DNA of 32,000 bases from Moraxella nasicaprae (lineage in GTDB: Bacteria > Pseudomonadota > Gammaproteobacteria > Pseudomonadales > Moraxellaceae): positions 150,001-182,000 of the forward strand of contig NZ_CP089977.1 in NCBI RefSeq assembly GCF_025643275.1. The letters are read 5' to 3'. Position numbers and translations under genes: made by a program. The notes beneath the pieces are model-generated. The model did not search any database and was not told the DNA's origin. It saw only the letters and a program-made list of their open reading frames with translations. Positions 9,026-20,400 of the stretch are shown in pieces; position 1 is the stretch's first letter; every line of letters starts with the position of its first letter.

Positions 9026-10186
9026 TCAATGACGATACGCCAACTCTGTCAAGATATTTTCAGCATCTGCCCAGCGAGCATTTGAGTTACTACCGCCCAA
9101 TAGGACAATGATGGCAGGACGATTATTGATGTTCGTTTCCATCACAACACAGTAGCCTGCTTCACGGATAAAGCCTGTCTTTTGAACACCGATTGGATAA
9201 TTACCCGAGCGAACCAGACGGTTGGTATTATTCGCCTTATAGGTACGGTCACCACTTTGGAAATTGGTGATATAAAAATCATAGCTTGGAGAAGTAGAAA
9301 AATTACGAATGCTTTGATAGCGTGGGTCGCTATTGACCGCTTTCATCATTTTAATCAAATCGCTTGCCGAAGAGACATTGCGTGGATTTAGCCCTGATGA
9401 ATCTGCAAAACTGGTCTGATACATACCCAACGATTGTGCTTTTTGGTTCATTGCTGAAATAAAGGCATCATAACCACCTGGATAAGTACGAGCCAAAATC
9501 TTAGCTGCTGGATTCTCAGACTTCATCAATGCCAACAACACAAATTCAGAACGAGTCAAACGGTCGCCTGCTTTAAGATTGGTGCTTGCCTGTTTAAATC
9601 CAACCAAATCTGATGGAATCAAGGTCAGCTCTTCACGCATATCCAGCTCAGCATCTAACACTACCATTGCTGTCATGATTTTACTAATCGAGGCGATGGA
9701 GCGAGTGGCATCGATATTTTTTTCATAAATTGGCTGTCCAGATTGCAAATCATAAACCGCCACCGCTGATGAATTGGTCGAAATTGCCAGACGGTCAAAA
9801 GTGCTGGCATAACCCGAAGAAGCGTTACTGCCATACTGTGTGCTGTAATTATTAGACTGAGTGCTGTAATTTTGGCTGCTGACCGCTGGCTGCGTGCTGC
9901 TCACCACTTGCACCGTTTGGCTTTGTGAAAGCTGCGGTGCTGGCGTAGACTGCGCCACCACAGTGGTAGATGGTACCGCCGCAGGCTTAGATTGTACTGC
10001 AACAGGGCTTGCTTGCACATAAACACGCTGACTAACCACAGGGGCTGTGCTGGTGGTATTTTTGACAACCACTTTTTGCTGGCTGTTATCCACCATAAAT
10101 GCTGACGCACTACTTGCACCAGAAATCAGAGCAAAACCGATGGCAAGCTTGATGCCTTTGTATTTGGTCAGGATTGTATTATTCAT
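9026..10186 (-). CDS. pbpG: D-alanyl-D-alanine endopeptidase/carboxypeptidase (peptidase S11, PBP7/8-like) with a long low-complexity N-terminal linker
   Basis: SxxK (SISK), SxN (SEN) and KTG motifs occur in the correct order. Signal peptide MNNTILTKYKGIKLAIGFALISGASSASA. The ATG at 10186 is preceded by gaggaa. The track's GTG start at 10213 is less likely. Confidence 0.85.
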   Translation of the reverse strand: MNNTILTKYKGIKLAIGFALISGASSASAFMVDNSQQKVVVKNTTSTAPVVSQRVYVQASPVAVQSKPAAVPSTTVVAQSTPAPQLSQSQTVQVVSSTQPAVSSQNYSTQSNNYSTQYGSNASSGYASTFDRLAISTNSSAVAVYDLQSGQPIYEKNIDATRSIASISKIMTAMVVLDAELDMREELTLIPSDLVGFKQASTNLKAGDRLTRSEFVLLALMKSENPAAKILARTYPGGYDAFISAMNQKAQSLGMYQTSFADSSGLNPRNVSSASDLIKMMKAVNSDPRYQSIRNFSTSPSYDFYITNFQSGDRTYKANNTNRLVRSGNYPIGVQKTGFIREAGYCVVMETNINNRPAIIVLLGGSNSNARWADAENILTELAYRH

Positions 10187-10248
10187 TGTTGTTCCTCGTG
10201 TTAGGGTTTGCACCTTGACATCATCAAAGTAAAACCAATGATGATTTT

Positions 10249-10257
10249 ATTATAGCA
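10249..10257 (-). promoter_or_regulatory. Candidate extended -10 promoter element for pbpG
   Basis: The minus strand reads tgctataat (TG-n-TATAAT), about 55 nt upstream of the start codon. Confidence 0.4.
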
Positions 10258-10500
10258 CATTTCCAAAAAACCACCGTTCATGTTGGCTAAACTTTCATCA
10301 AAAAATACCAAAAACACGCAATGCTGTCTTTAATTTCATACAAATCATTGATTTGATAAAAATTTAGAAACAATTTTGCAATATTTTGTATAAAAATTAT
10401 CCAATTCAATGGATTTTCTCATCACTTTTTTAAGAACTGATGGCGATAAAGGGATAATTTTGATAAAATAGCCTCCTAAAAATCACGACAAGGCGATGAT

Positions 10501-11139
10501 ATGATAAAAGTTCTGGTAGTTGATGACCACGACTTAGTACGCATGGGCATTACTCGTATGCTTGATGATAACCCAGAAATTACCGTGATTGGCGAGGCTG
10601 ACTGTGGCGATAGTGCTGTCCGCCAAGCCAAAACCTTATCGCCTGATGTGATTTTACTTGATGTCAATATGCCAAATATTGACGGTGTGGAAGCTACTCG
10701 CCGCATCAAACAATACAGCCAATCCATCAAAATTTTGGCAGTCTCTGGGTTATCCGCCCAGCCCTATCCATCAATGTTACTCAAAGCAGGTGTCGATGGC
10801 TATATCACCAAAGGCACACCGCTGGACGAGATGATTTTTGCCATCAAAAAAGTCTATAACGGCTCTCGCTATTTTAGCCATGATGTCGCTGAGCAGTTGG
10901 CACAAACGGTGCTGGGCGAACAAAACGAATCGCCCTTTGATGCCTTATCCGAAAGAGAACGGCAAGTCGCCCTTATGGTGGTGAATTGCCAAAGTACTCA
11001 GCAGATTGCTGACCAGCTATTTGTCAGTGCCAAAACCGTGAATACTTATCGCTATCGCATCTTTGAAAAACTTGGTGTGGATAGTGATGTCAAATTGACA
11101 CATCTTGCCATCAGGCATGGCTTGGTTAATCCTGAGTAA
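10501..11139 (+). CDS. gacA: Two-component response regulator, NarL/FixJ family, GacA/UvrY orthologue type
   Basis: Receiver domain (VLVVDDHDLVRMGI ... LLDVNMPNIDG). The C-terminal HTH SPFDALSERERQVALMVV...AKTVNTYRYRIFEKLGVDSDVKLTHLAIRHGL closely parallels the E. coli UvrY C-terminus as I remember it. Confidence 0.85.
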   Translation: MIKVLVVDDHDLVRMGITRMLDDNPEITVIGEADCGDSAVRQAKTLSPDVILLDVNMPNIDGVEATRRIKQYSQSIKILAVSGLSAQPYPSMLLKAGVDGYITKGTPLDEMIFAIKKVYNGSRYFSHDVAEQLAQTVLGEQNESPFDALSERERQVALMVVNCQSTQQIADQLFVSAKTVNTYRYRIFEKLGVDSDVKLTHLAIRHGLVNPE

Positions 11140-11224
11140 GCCACCTCATCCACATGGCTGTTATCTTTTATCGCTTGGTCAGATGAACACCAAAAAACCG
11201 TTTGTAATCTGCCATACGATAAAT

Positions 11225-11258
11225 CCAGTAAAAGAAGGGTGGAAATTAAAATCCACCC
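11225..11258 (-). terminator. Terminator hairpin of ctpA that overlaps its stop codon
   Basis: Stem gggtgga (11237-11243) with tccaccc (11252-11258). The stop codon at 11246-11248 sits in the loop. On the minus strand the hairpin is followed by ttcttttac. Confidence 0.45.
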
Positions 11259-12622
11259 ACAGGAGAAAACTCCACCGCCTCACTGTTGGTCAGCTTACCC
11301 TGCTCCATAAGATTGAGCGTCAGTTGTAGCCAGTCCTCACCATCGCCAACCGAAACCGTCTCAAAATGCACATCAGGCACAACACCCACACCGTCAATTT
11401 TTGCTCCTTTGGGTGTCAGATAATGAGCGGTTGTTAATTTGACTGCTTGATTATTGCCAATCGGAATGACGGATTGAATGGACCCTTTACCATAGCTGGT
11501 CTCGCCAACGATTAACGCACGATGCTGTGATTGTAAAGCACTTGCCAATACCTCAGCAGCAGACGCTGAATAACGATTTTGTAGCACGATGGTTGGCACA
11601 ACATCAAATAATGCAGAACCTTGTGTTTCTAGCACTCGCTCCACACCATGACGATTGGCGACCTGCGTCACCACCTGCTTTCGCATGAATAGCGATGCCA
11701 CATCAACCGCAGATTCTAGCACCCCACCTGGGTTATTTCGCAAATCTAGGACAATGCCTTGTACGGGTGTGCCTATATGAGCGATGCTGTCCAAAATTTG
11801 TTGGCGGGTGTTGTTTTGAAATACGGGTAATTTGATGATGGCAACACCGTTTTGGGTCAGGACTTCCACGCTACTTTTTTCAAGCAAGCTTCTGGATAAA
11901 GTCACGGTTTGCTTGGAACGCCCTGCCCTTGAAAAACTCACATCAACGCTTGTGCCAGCAATACCGCCAAGCAACTGTGCGATGTCATTTTCGCTATGAG
12001 AAGCGTTGAGTTTAATCTCGCCAATTTGGTGCAAATAATCGCCCAAAGCAATATTAGCCAAAGCAGCTGGCGAGCCAACCGCCACTTCGCTCACCACCCA
12101 GTGATTGTCTTTGGCTTGCCAAGTTGCCTTTATACCCACCCCTGCCACATTGCCATCGGTAAATGATTGTAGATTGGCAAGTGCTGAGGCATTGAGAAAT
12201 TCGGCATTTTTATCCGTCTTGCTTAGCATACCATTGATGGCGTGGGCAAATAGCGTTTCGTCATCAACCTCATAAATGTACTCACGACGCATCAAATCCA
12301 CCGCCTGCACAAAAGATTTTAGCGTGTTTGGTGCGATGGTTTGTAGTGGCACTTTGCCCAAATGCACGCCATCAATTCCTTGCAAATGATTGGGCTGCGT
12401 GCCTAGCACATCAAGCGACCCATCGTCAGGCACGGTCTGTGGCACATCATCTGATTGAGCAGGTACTGTCTCAACCTGATCCGACTTATCGCCAAAGCCT
12501 AAGAATTGACCGATTTTGGTCAATGTTTTAGGAGTTTGGGCATAAGAAACATTGGCGGCTGTCATCGCCAGCACAGTTACCATCGCCAACATCAGACGAG
12601 ATTGTTTGGTGTTTTTACTCAT
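11246..12622 (-). CDS. ctpA: S41 carboxyl-terminal processing peptidase (Ctp/Prc family) with a PDZ domain
   Basis: Signal peptide, a PDZ-like segment (GSPAALANIALGDYLHQIGEIKL), LDLRNNPGGVL, catalytic SASAAE, and the GKGS lysine motif. Its start lies 3 nt after the gpmI stop, which suggests an operon. Confidence 0.9.
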   Translation of the reverse strand: MSKNTKQSRLMLAMVTVLAMTAANVSYAQTPKTLTKIGQFLGFGDKSDQVETVPAQSDDVPQTVPDDGSLDVLGTQPNHLQGIDGVHLGKVPLQTIAPNTLKSFVQAVDLMRREYIYEVDDETLFAHAINGMLSKTDKNAEFLNASALANLQSFTDGNVAGVGIKATWQAKDNHWVVSEVAVGSPAALANIALGDYLHQIGEIKLNASHSENDIAQLLGGIAGTSVDVSFSRAGRSKQTVTLSRSLLEKSSVEVLTQNGVAIIKLPVFQNNTRQQILDSIAHIGTPVQGIVLDLRNNPGGVLESAVDVASLFMRKQVVTQVANRHGVERVLETQGSALFDVVPTIVLQNRYSASAAEVLASALQSQHRALIVGETSYGKGSIQSVIPIGNNQAVKLTTAHYLTPKGAKIDGVGVVPDVHFETVSVGDGEDWLQLTLNLMEQGKLTNSEAVEFSPVGGF

Positions 12623-12625
12623 TAC

Positions 12626-14188
12626 TCAGACCTTGTCAGACAGCAAACTCTCGCCTGTCATCTCATTAGGTTTGTCAAGCCCCATCAAGTCCAATATGGT
12701 AGGAGCGACATCACACAACCGCCCACCGTCTCGTACCTTGACCGACTTATCGCCCACATAAATAAACGGTACAAGATAGGTGGTGTGTTGGGTATGAACT
12801 TGTCCTGTTTCATAGTCAAACATCTGCTCGCAGTTGCCGTGGTCGGCGGTAATGAGCAAATGCCCACCCATCGCTTTGACAGCCTCTGCCACCCTGCCCA
12901 CGCAGGTATCTACGGTCTCAACCGCCTTGATGGAGGCGGTCAATGAGCCTGTATGTCCTACCATATCGCCATTGGCGTAGTTTAAAATCACGGTATCAAA
13001 TTTGCCTGACAAAATCGCCTCTACCACCTTATCAGTAACTTCAAAGGCACTCATCTGTGGCTTTTCGTCATAGGTCTTGACTTTGGGGCTATTGACCAAA
13101 ATGCGTTCTTCGCCTTGATACAACTCCTCTCGCCCACCACTAAAAAAGAAGCTCACATGGGGATACTTTTCGGTTTCAGCAATGCGAAGCTGGGTTTTGC
13201 CTTGATTGGATAGGTATTCGCCTAAGGTATTTTTTAAATCATTGGGCAAATAGGCGATACTCACTTTTGGGTTGTTTGCCAAAGGAGCAGAATATTTGGT
13301 CATACATACAAAGGCGGATAACTCTGGCACACTTTTACGCTCAAAGCCTGCAAATTCTGGCTCCACAAAGGCATTGGACAGCTCTCTGGCACGGTCGGAG
13401 CGAAAATTCACAAAAATTACACCATCGTTATCACAAATAACCCCATTTTCATCAATTATTGTGGGGGCAACAAACTCGTCCGTTTCGCCATTGTCATAAG
13501 CTGACAAAATCGCTTGATTGCCTGTTTCGCATTCTCGCACTGCTTTGGCAATGGTCAATAAATCATAGGCTTCTTGTACTCGCTCCCAGCGATTGTCTCT
13601 GTCCATCGCAAAAAATCGCCCCACCACACTGGCAAGTTTAACCTCGCCATCAAAGGCTTGGTTTAGGGCATCAAGCTCATTTTGTAATTTTGCCAAATAA
13701 GTGTCGGCAGATTTGGGGGCGGTGTCTCGTCCGTCCAAAAAAGCGTGTACAAACACTTGGCTTGCCCCTTGTGCCAACGCCAGTCGGCAAGTGGCATAGA
13801 TATGGTCTTGGTGTGAATGCACGCCCCCATCGGACAACAAACCAATGACCTGTACCGCCCCTTCATTGGCAATGGTGTCTTTGACCGCTTTAACCAATAC
13901 AGGATTGGCAAAAAAATCGCCATCGGCAATCTCTTTGCTAATTTTGGTGGAATCTTGGTACAAAATACGACCTGCCCCCAAATTCATATGCCCCACTTCT
14001 GAATTGCCAAATTGACCCTCAGGCAATCCCACATCAAGCCCAGAAGTGGAAATCAGTCCATTTGGGCAAGTGGCAAGAAATTTATCCAAATTGGGGGTAT
14101 TGGCTTGGGCAACGGCATTATCCTTATTGTCATCACGATGTCCAACACCGTCCATAATCACAAGTACATGTGGCGTTTTTTTAGTCAT
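12626..14188 (-). CDS. gpmI: 2,3-bisphosphoglycerate-independent phosphoglycerate mutase
   Basis: VLVIMDGVG, SEVGHMNLGAGR and ITADHGN motifs. The ATG at 14188 has a GGAG 7 nt upstream. The track start at 14200 adds 4 aa. Confidence 0.95.
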   Translation of the reverse strand: MTKKTPHVLVIMDGVGHRDDNKDNAVAQANTPNLDKFLATCPNGLISTSGLDVGLPEGQFGNSEVGHMNLGAGRILYQDSTKISKEIADGDFFANPVLVKAVKDTIANEGAVQVIGLLSDGGVHSHQDHIYATCRLALAQGASQVFVHAFLDGRDTAPKSADTYLAKLQNELDALNQAFDGEVKLASVVGRFFAMDRDNRWERVQEAYDLLTIAKAVRECETGNQAILSAYDNGETDEFVAPTIIDENGVICDNDGVIFVNFRSDRARELSNAFVEPEFAGFERKSVPELSAFVCMTKYSAPLANNPKVSIAYLPNDLKNTLGEYLSNQGKTQLRIAETEKYPHVSFFFSGGREELYQGEERILVNSPKVKTYDEKPQMSAFEVTDKVVEAILSGKFDTVILNYANGDMVGHTGSLTASIKAVETVDTCVGRVAEAVKAMGGHLLITADHGNCEQMFDYETGQVHTQHTTYLVPFIYVGDKSVKVRDGGRLCDVAPTILDLMGLDKPNEMTGESLLSDKV

Positions 14189-14360
14189 TTTATGCTCCAT
14201 TGTTCATGTTGTGTGTTTATCACGCCAAATGCGTTTTGTGCATGAGATGACGGTCAAATCATCAAACCGACCGCTTTGACCAAATCACATTGGCAAACAG
14301 TCTTGATTTGAACACCAAGCTGGTAGTCTCATCAAGCAACGCATTTGTCATACTATTTCT

Positions 14361-14369
14361 ATTTTAGCA
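14361..14369 (-). promoter_or_regulatory. Candidate extended -10 element for gpmI-ctpA
   Basis: The minus strand reads tgctaaaat. It lies immediately downstream of the adhesin terminator. Confidence 0.3.
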
Positions 14370-14413
14370 CAAAACCCTGCCAAATTAAGCAAAATTATGC
14401 CAAGATAATAAAA

Positions 14414-14444
14414 TAAAACCCCCTTGTGATACACAAGAGGGTTT
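14414..14444 (-). terminator. Rho-independent terminator of the adhesin gene
   Basis: A 13-bp stem with one mismatch (14417-14429 with 14432-14444). On the minus strand it is followed by ttttatttt. Confidence 0.7.
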
Positions 14445-14449
14445 GGTTG

Positions 14450-17400
14450 TTAGCGGAATTTGACACCAAAGGCAGCACCGCCAGAATAATCACCTGTGGA
14501 GGTTGCACCACCTGCAAATTTGAAAATGTATTTACCATTATCAGAGATTTGCGAGTAGCCCACAGAAACCGCCGAAGTGCCTTTATAAGTACCGATTGCC
14601 ACGCCACCCAAACTTTCGCCTGGATTGAACGCTTGTGGCAATAAACCTGTGGCAATGGCACTGGCTGTGCCTGCATAAGCAGACTGCTCCACATCATACA
14701 AGCGTTCATTGATGGAGGTAATGGAGCGATTGATGCCTTGTTGCAATTCATAAATCTGAGCACCATTGACCGCCTGCGTACTGCTTGCCGAGATTTCAGC
14801 TGGGGCAACACCATTGACAACATTATTGCCCATATTGATAGGCTGACCTGCTGCAACCGTGATACCGCCATTGGCGTGGATTGCACCTGTGGCATTAAGC
14901 TGACCGCCCACACTCACATCGCCTGTGGTTTTGATGGTGTCAGCTTGCACCGATTTGGCATTGATGGCGTCTGTGTTCACTGTCGTGGCGTTCAATGTTG
15001 TCGCTGTTACAGTGGTGGCATTGACTGTCGTTGCCTCAACACTCTGAGCAGTGACTTGTTTGAAATCTGGATTGTCCGTTGTTTTGACCGTGATGTCTGT
15101 GCCAGAGCGTTCAATGATAATATTGTTGCCCTGCACGAAATTCACTTTGCCATTATTGGCAACTTTTTGACCATCATCGCCATTGGCTTTGACCGTCCAA
15201 CCAGCATTGCTAACGGCTGTGTTGAGATTGTCATTTAGGGCTTTGGTTGCATTATTTAGCTGTGCCACATTAACCGCATCACCATCTGCCACGCCATCTG
15301 CCACGCCTTGCACTCGGTTATTGCCCAAGCTGACAACTTGACCGCTTGCTACTTCCAAACCACCGTTTGCGGCTAATTTACCACCCACACTCACATCGCC
15401 TGTGGTGCTTAGGGTGTCAGTTTTAACATCAGTAAAGCTGACATTTTGTTTGGTGGCGACTTTGATATTGCCATTGTCGTTAGTGATGCTGATGTTATCG
15501 CCATCAATGAAGTTTTGGGTGTTGTCGGTTTGGTTTAGAGTTTTGACTTCTTGACCATTGACAGAAGTTTTGATTTCTTGAATGGCGGTGTTTGCTTTGG
15601 TTAGATTGGCTTTGGTGGTTTCATCTAACTCAACATCATAACCATTGTCAGTCTTAGTGGCGGTAATGCCATTGTTGCCATTCACGACTTGTACGGCTGT
15701 ATCAGCTTTGGCTAGGCTGGCTTTGGAGGCTTCGTCCAAGCCTACCGTGACTGTATCGCCTTGTTTGGTTGTGGTGATGCCGTCTTTGCCATTGACTGTT
15801 TGTACGCCTGTGTTAGCCTTAGTTAGGCTGGCTTTGGTTTCATCTGACAAATCAATCACATAGTCAGTTACGCCATTGGCTTGTTCGCCAGCTTTGACAG
15901 TCAAGGCATTTGATGCTGTTGAAACTGTTGCTGATGTGTCTTTGGCATTGATGGTATAGGTTGTACCATCAGCAGTTTGGGTTTTATTGATAGAAGTGAT
16001 GTTACTGCCTGCCACGATGTTGGTGGTATTGGCTTTTAGTTGAGATAGATTAACTGCTTCATCATTGGTGGTGGCGTTGGCGACGCCTTTGATGGTTTGG
16101 TTGCCTGCGTTGATGCCAGCATTGTTAATCAACACGTTGCCAATGCTTAGGCTGTCGGCAGTCAAATTGCGATTTAGACTGATTGCCACACCTTGTTCAC
16201 TGGCGGTGGTGATGATGTTATCATCGCCTGTGATGGCAAGGGTGTCGCCTAATTTTTTGGTGTTGGTACTGCCTGTATCGCCTGTGAAGGTTAAGCCTTT
16301 GGTATTGATGTCAGTATTGGCTTGCACACCCTTAGCAATATCATCACGGGTTGCTTGGGTTAGACCAACTTGGTAGTCAGTTGTTTTGCCATTGACGGTG
16401 GTTTTGACGATTTCAATGCCGTTCGTACCGCTGGTTGAGGCGGTGGTGTCGGCAACTGCTGCCAAGCGTTTCACATCATCAATGTTCGCAGCATTGGTGC
16501 CTGTATCGCCACCGCTGGCTACATTCGTGATGACATTGTTACCCATATTGACGGTTTGACCGCCAGCAACAGTTAAACCGCCATTGGCATTTAGCATGCC
16601 ACCAATGGTTGCTGTGCCTGTGGTGGTTAAGGTGTTGGTTTTAACATCAGTAAAGCTGACATTTTGTTTGGTGGCGACTTTGATTGCACCGTTTTCATTG
16701 GTCAGCTCAATGTTGTCGCCTGTGATGAAGTTTTGGGTGTTGTTGGTTTGGTTTAGGGTTTTGACTGCTTTACCGTCAATTTGGGTTTGGATTTCTTGTA
16801 CAGCACTGTCTGCCTTGGCTAGGCTTGCTTTGGCTTGTTCGGTCAAATCCACCGCATAATCTGTTACGCCATTAGTCTCCGCACCTTTGCTTACCGTAAC
16901 TGGCGAGCCTTGAACGGCAGAGACAGTCGTGTCTTTGGCATCAATGGTGTAAGTAATGCCATCAGCGGTTTTTACTTCATTGACTGAATTGACATTTTGA
17001 CCTGCTTTTAGTGTGACCGATTGGGCTTTTAGCTGGGCAAGATTGACTGCTTCATCATTGGTGGTGGCATTGGCAACACCTTTGATGGTTTGATTGCCTG
17101 CGTTGATGCCTGTGTCTTTATCAATGCTTGCTGTACCAACGGTTACTGTGTCAAAGTTCACTTGCTTAGCCGTAGCAACTTTAATACTACCACTGTCATT
17201 GCTGATGACAATGTTATCGCCATCAATGAAGTTTTGGGTGTTGTTGGTTTGGTTTAGGGTTTTGACTTCTTGACCATTGACAGAAGTTTTGATTTCTTGA
17301 ACGGCAGTATTAGCTTTAGTTAAGTTGGCTTGGGCATTGTCGTCCAATGTTACATTGTAGCCAGTCGCTGTTTTGCTGGCGGTAATGCCGTTTGTGCCTG

Positions 17401-20400
17401 TAACTTCTTGAACGGCTGTATCGGCTTTTTTCAAGCTCGCCTTCGTCTCATCGCCTAAATCCAAGGCAAAATCAGTAATGCCGTTGCTTGGTGTGCCAGC
17501 CGTTACTTTTAACGCTTTATCATTAGCGGTGCTGACTGTTGCCGAAGTATCTTTGGCATTGATGGTATAAGTGGTGCCGTTGTCGGTTACTTGGGCATCA
17601 ACCGAGGTGATGTTTGCACCGCCCACCACGCTGACTTTGGTGGCGTTAAGCTGTGATAGATTGACCGCATCGGTGGCGTTGGTGGCGTTGGCGACACCCT
17701 GAATACGGTTGCCTCCCATATTAACCGTCTGACCAGTTGCAACGGTTAAACCGCCATTGGCATTTAGCATACCACCGATGTTGGCTTTTTGATTTACTTG
17801 CAATGTATCAAACTGTGCATTATCTGCCGACAGTGTAATAAAATCACCAGATTTAGCACGAATTGTATTAGCATTAATGGTATTAGCAGTTAAGGTTGTA
17901 ATATTCCCTGTTGCCGCCTTAATGTCGCCAGTCGCAATTTGCATACTGGTTAGATTATTGATTGTTGCCGTGCGTGCTGATAAATTGACTGAAACAATAT
18001 CATCCGCCTGCACATTCTTAATGCTGGCATCTTTTGCTGATAAAGTGGTTGTATCCACTTTGTCAAAACTAACCTCTTTTTTGGTAGCAACTTTAATTGC
18101 TCCATTTTCGGCGGTTAATTGCATATTATCGCCTGTCACAAAATTGGCGATATTGTCGTTTTTGTTGAGCGTTTTAACAGATTGACCATCAAGCTGGGTT
18201 TCAATTTCCTGCAAAGAATTATCAGCCTTATTTAGGCTATCTTTGGTCTCTTGGGATAAATCAATGGCATAATCAGTAATGCCTTTATTCTCCTCGCCTT
18301 TATTGACAACCAGATGTGTTGATGTTGCAGATACAGTCGTATCTTTGGCGTTGATGGTGTAAGTAATGCCATCAGCATCAGCAATCTTCTCTATCGAATT
18401 GATGTTTTCACCAGCAACAACTGTGGTGGTGTTTGCTTTGAGTTGGCTTAGGTTTACCGCTTCATTGTCACTGGTGGCATTGGTGACACCTTTGATGGTT
18501 TGGTTGCCTGCGTTGATGCCAGCATCATTGGTGATGCTTGTTTTGCCGATGGTTAAACCCTGAGCATTGAGCAGATTATCGCCTGTTTGAATGCTGGTTG
18601 CTGTGATATCTTTAAATACTGGGTTTTCGGCAAATTCAATGGCAATACCTGCATCGGTAGCGATGGTTTTGATATTGGCACCGCTATAATTGCCCGCCGT
18701 GATTGCCTCTCCCGTGATGGCAAGTTGGTCACCAAGATTGCGATGAGCCTGTCCTGTATTACCAGTAAAATCCAAACCCAAATTGGTTAATTGAGTCTTA
18801 GTGTTATTCAACTGCCCCACATTAACCGCATCACCATCTGCCACGCCATCTGCCACGCCTTGCACTCGGTTATTGCCCAAGCTGACAACTTGACCGCTTG
18901 CTACTTCCAAACCACCGTTTGCGGCTAATTTACCACCCACACTCACATCGCCTGTGGTGCTTAGGGTGTCAGTTTTAACATCAGTAAAGCTGACATTTTG
19001 TTTGGTGGCGACTTTGATATTGCCATTGTCGTTAGTGATGCTGATGTTATCGCCATCAATGAAGTTTTGGGTGTTGTCGGTTTGGTTTAGAGTTTTGACT
19101 TCTTGACCATTGACAGAAGTTTTGATTTCTTGAATGGCGGTGTTTGCTTTGGTTAGATTGGCTTTGGTGGTTTCATCTAACTCAACATCATAACCATTGT
19201 CAGTCTTAGTGGCGGTAATGCCATTGTTGCCATTCACGACTTGTACGGCTGTATCAGCTTTGGCTAGGCTGGCTTTGGAGGCTTCGTCCAAGCCTACCGT
19301 GACTGTATCGCCTTGTTTGGTTGTGGTGATGCCGTCTTTGCCATTGACTGTTTGTACGCCTGTGTTAGCCTTAGTTAGGCTGGCTTTGGTTTCATCTGAC
19401 AAATCAATCACATAGTCAGTTACGCCATTGGCTTGTTCGCCAGCTTTGACAGTCAAGGCATTTGATGCTGTTGAAACTGTTGCTGATGTGTCTTTGGCAT
19501 TGATGGTATAGGTTGTACCATCAGCAGTTTGGGTTTTATTGATAGAAGTGATGTTACTGCCTGCCACGATGTTGGTGGTATTGGCTTTTAGTTGAGATAG
19601 ATTAACTGCTTCATCATTGGTGGTGGCGTTGGCGACGCCTTTGATGGTTTGGTTGCCTGCGTTGATGCCAGCATTGTTAATCAACACGTTGCCAATGCTT
19701 AGGCTGTCGGCAGTCAAATTGCGATTTAGACTGATTGCCACACCTTGTTCACTGGCGGTGGTGATGATGTTATCATCGCCTGTGATGGCAAGGGTGTCGC
19801 CTAATTTTTTGGTGTTGGTACTGCCTGTATCGCCTGTGAAGGTTAAGCCTTTGGTATTGATGTCAGTATTGGCTTGCACACCCTTAGCAATATCATCACG
19901 GGTTGCTTGGGTTAGACCAACTTGGTAGTCAGTTGTTTTGCCATTGACGGTGGTTTTGACGATTTCAATGCCGTTCGTACCGCTGGTTGAGGCGGTGGTG
20001 TCGGCAACTGCTGCCAAGCGTTTCACATCATCAATGTTCGCAGCATTGGTGCCTGTATCGCCACCGCTGGCTACATTCGTGATGACATTGTTACCCATAT
20101 TGACGGTTTGACCGCCAGCAACAGTTAAACCGCCATTGGCATTTAGCATGCCACCAATGGTTGCTGTGCCTGTGGTGGTTAAGGTGTTGGTTTTAACATC
20201 AGTAAAGCTGACATTTTGTTTGGTGGCGACTTTGATTGCACCGTTTTCATTGGTCAGCTCAATGTTGTCGCCTGTGATGAAGTTTTGGGTGTTGTTGGTT
20301 TGGTTTAGGGTTTTGACTGCTTTACCGTCAATTTGGGTTTGGATTTCTTGTACAGCACTGTCTGCCTTGGCTAGGCTTGCTTTGGCTTGTTCGGTCAAAT

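Noticed and set aside
11105-11329. A 74-aa plus-strand ORF bridging the gacA 3' end and the ctpA 3' end.
   Set aside because: It overlaps two convergent, well-supported genes and their terminator hairpin, and has no independent support.
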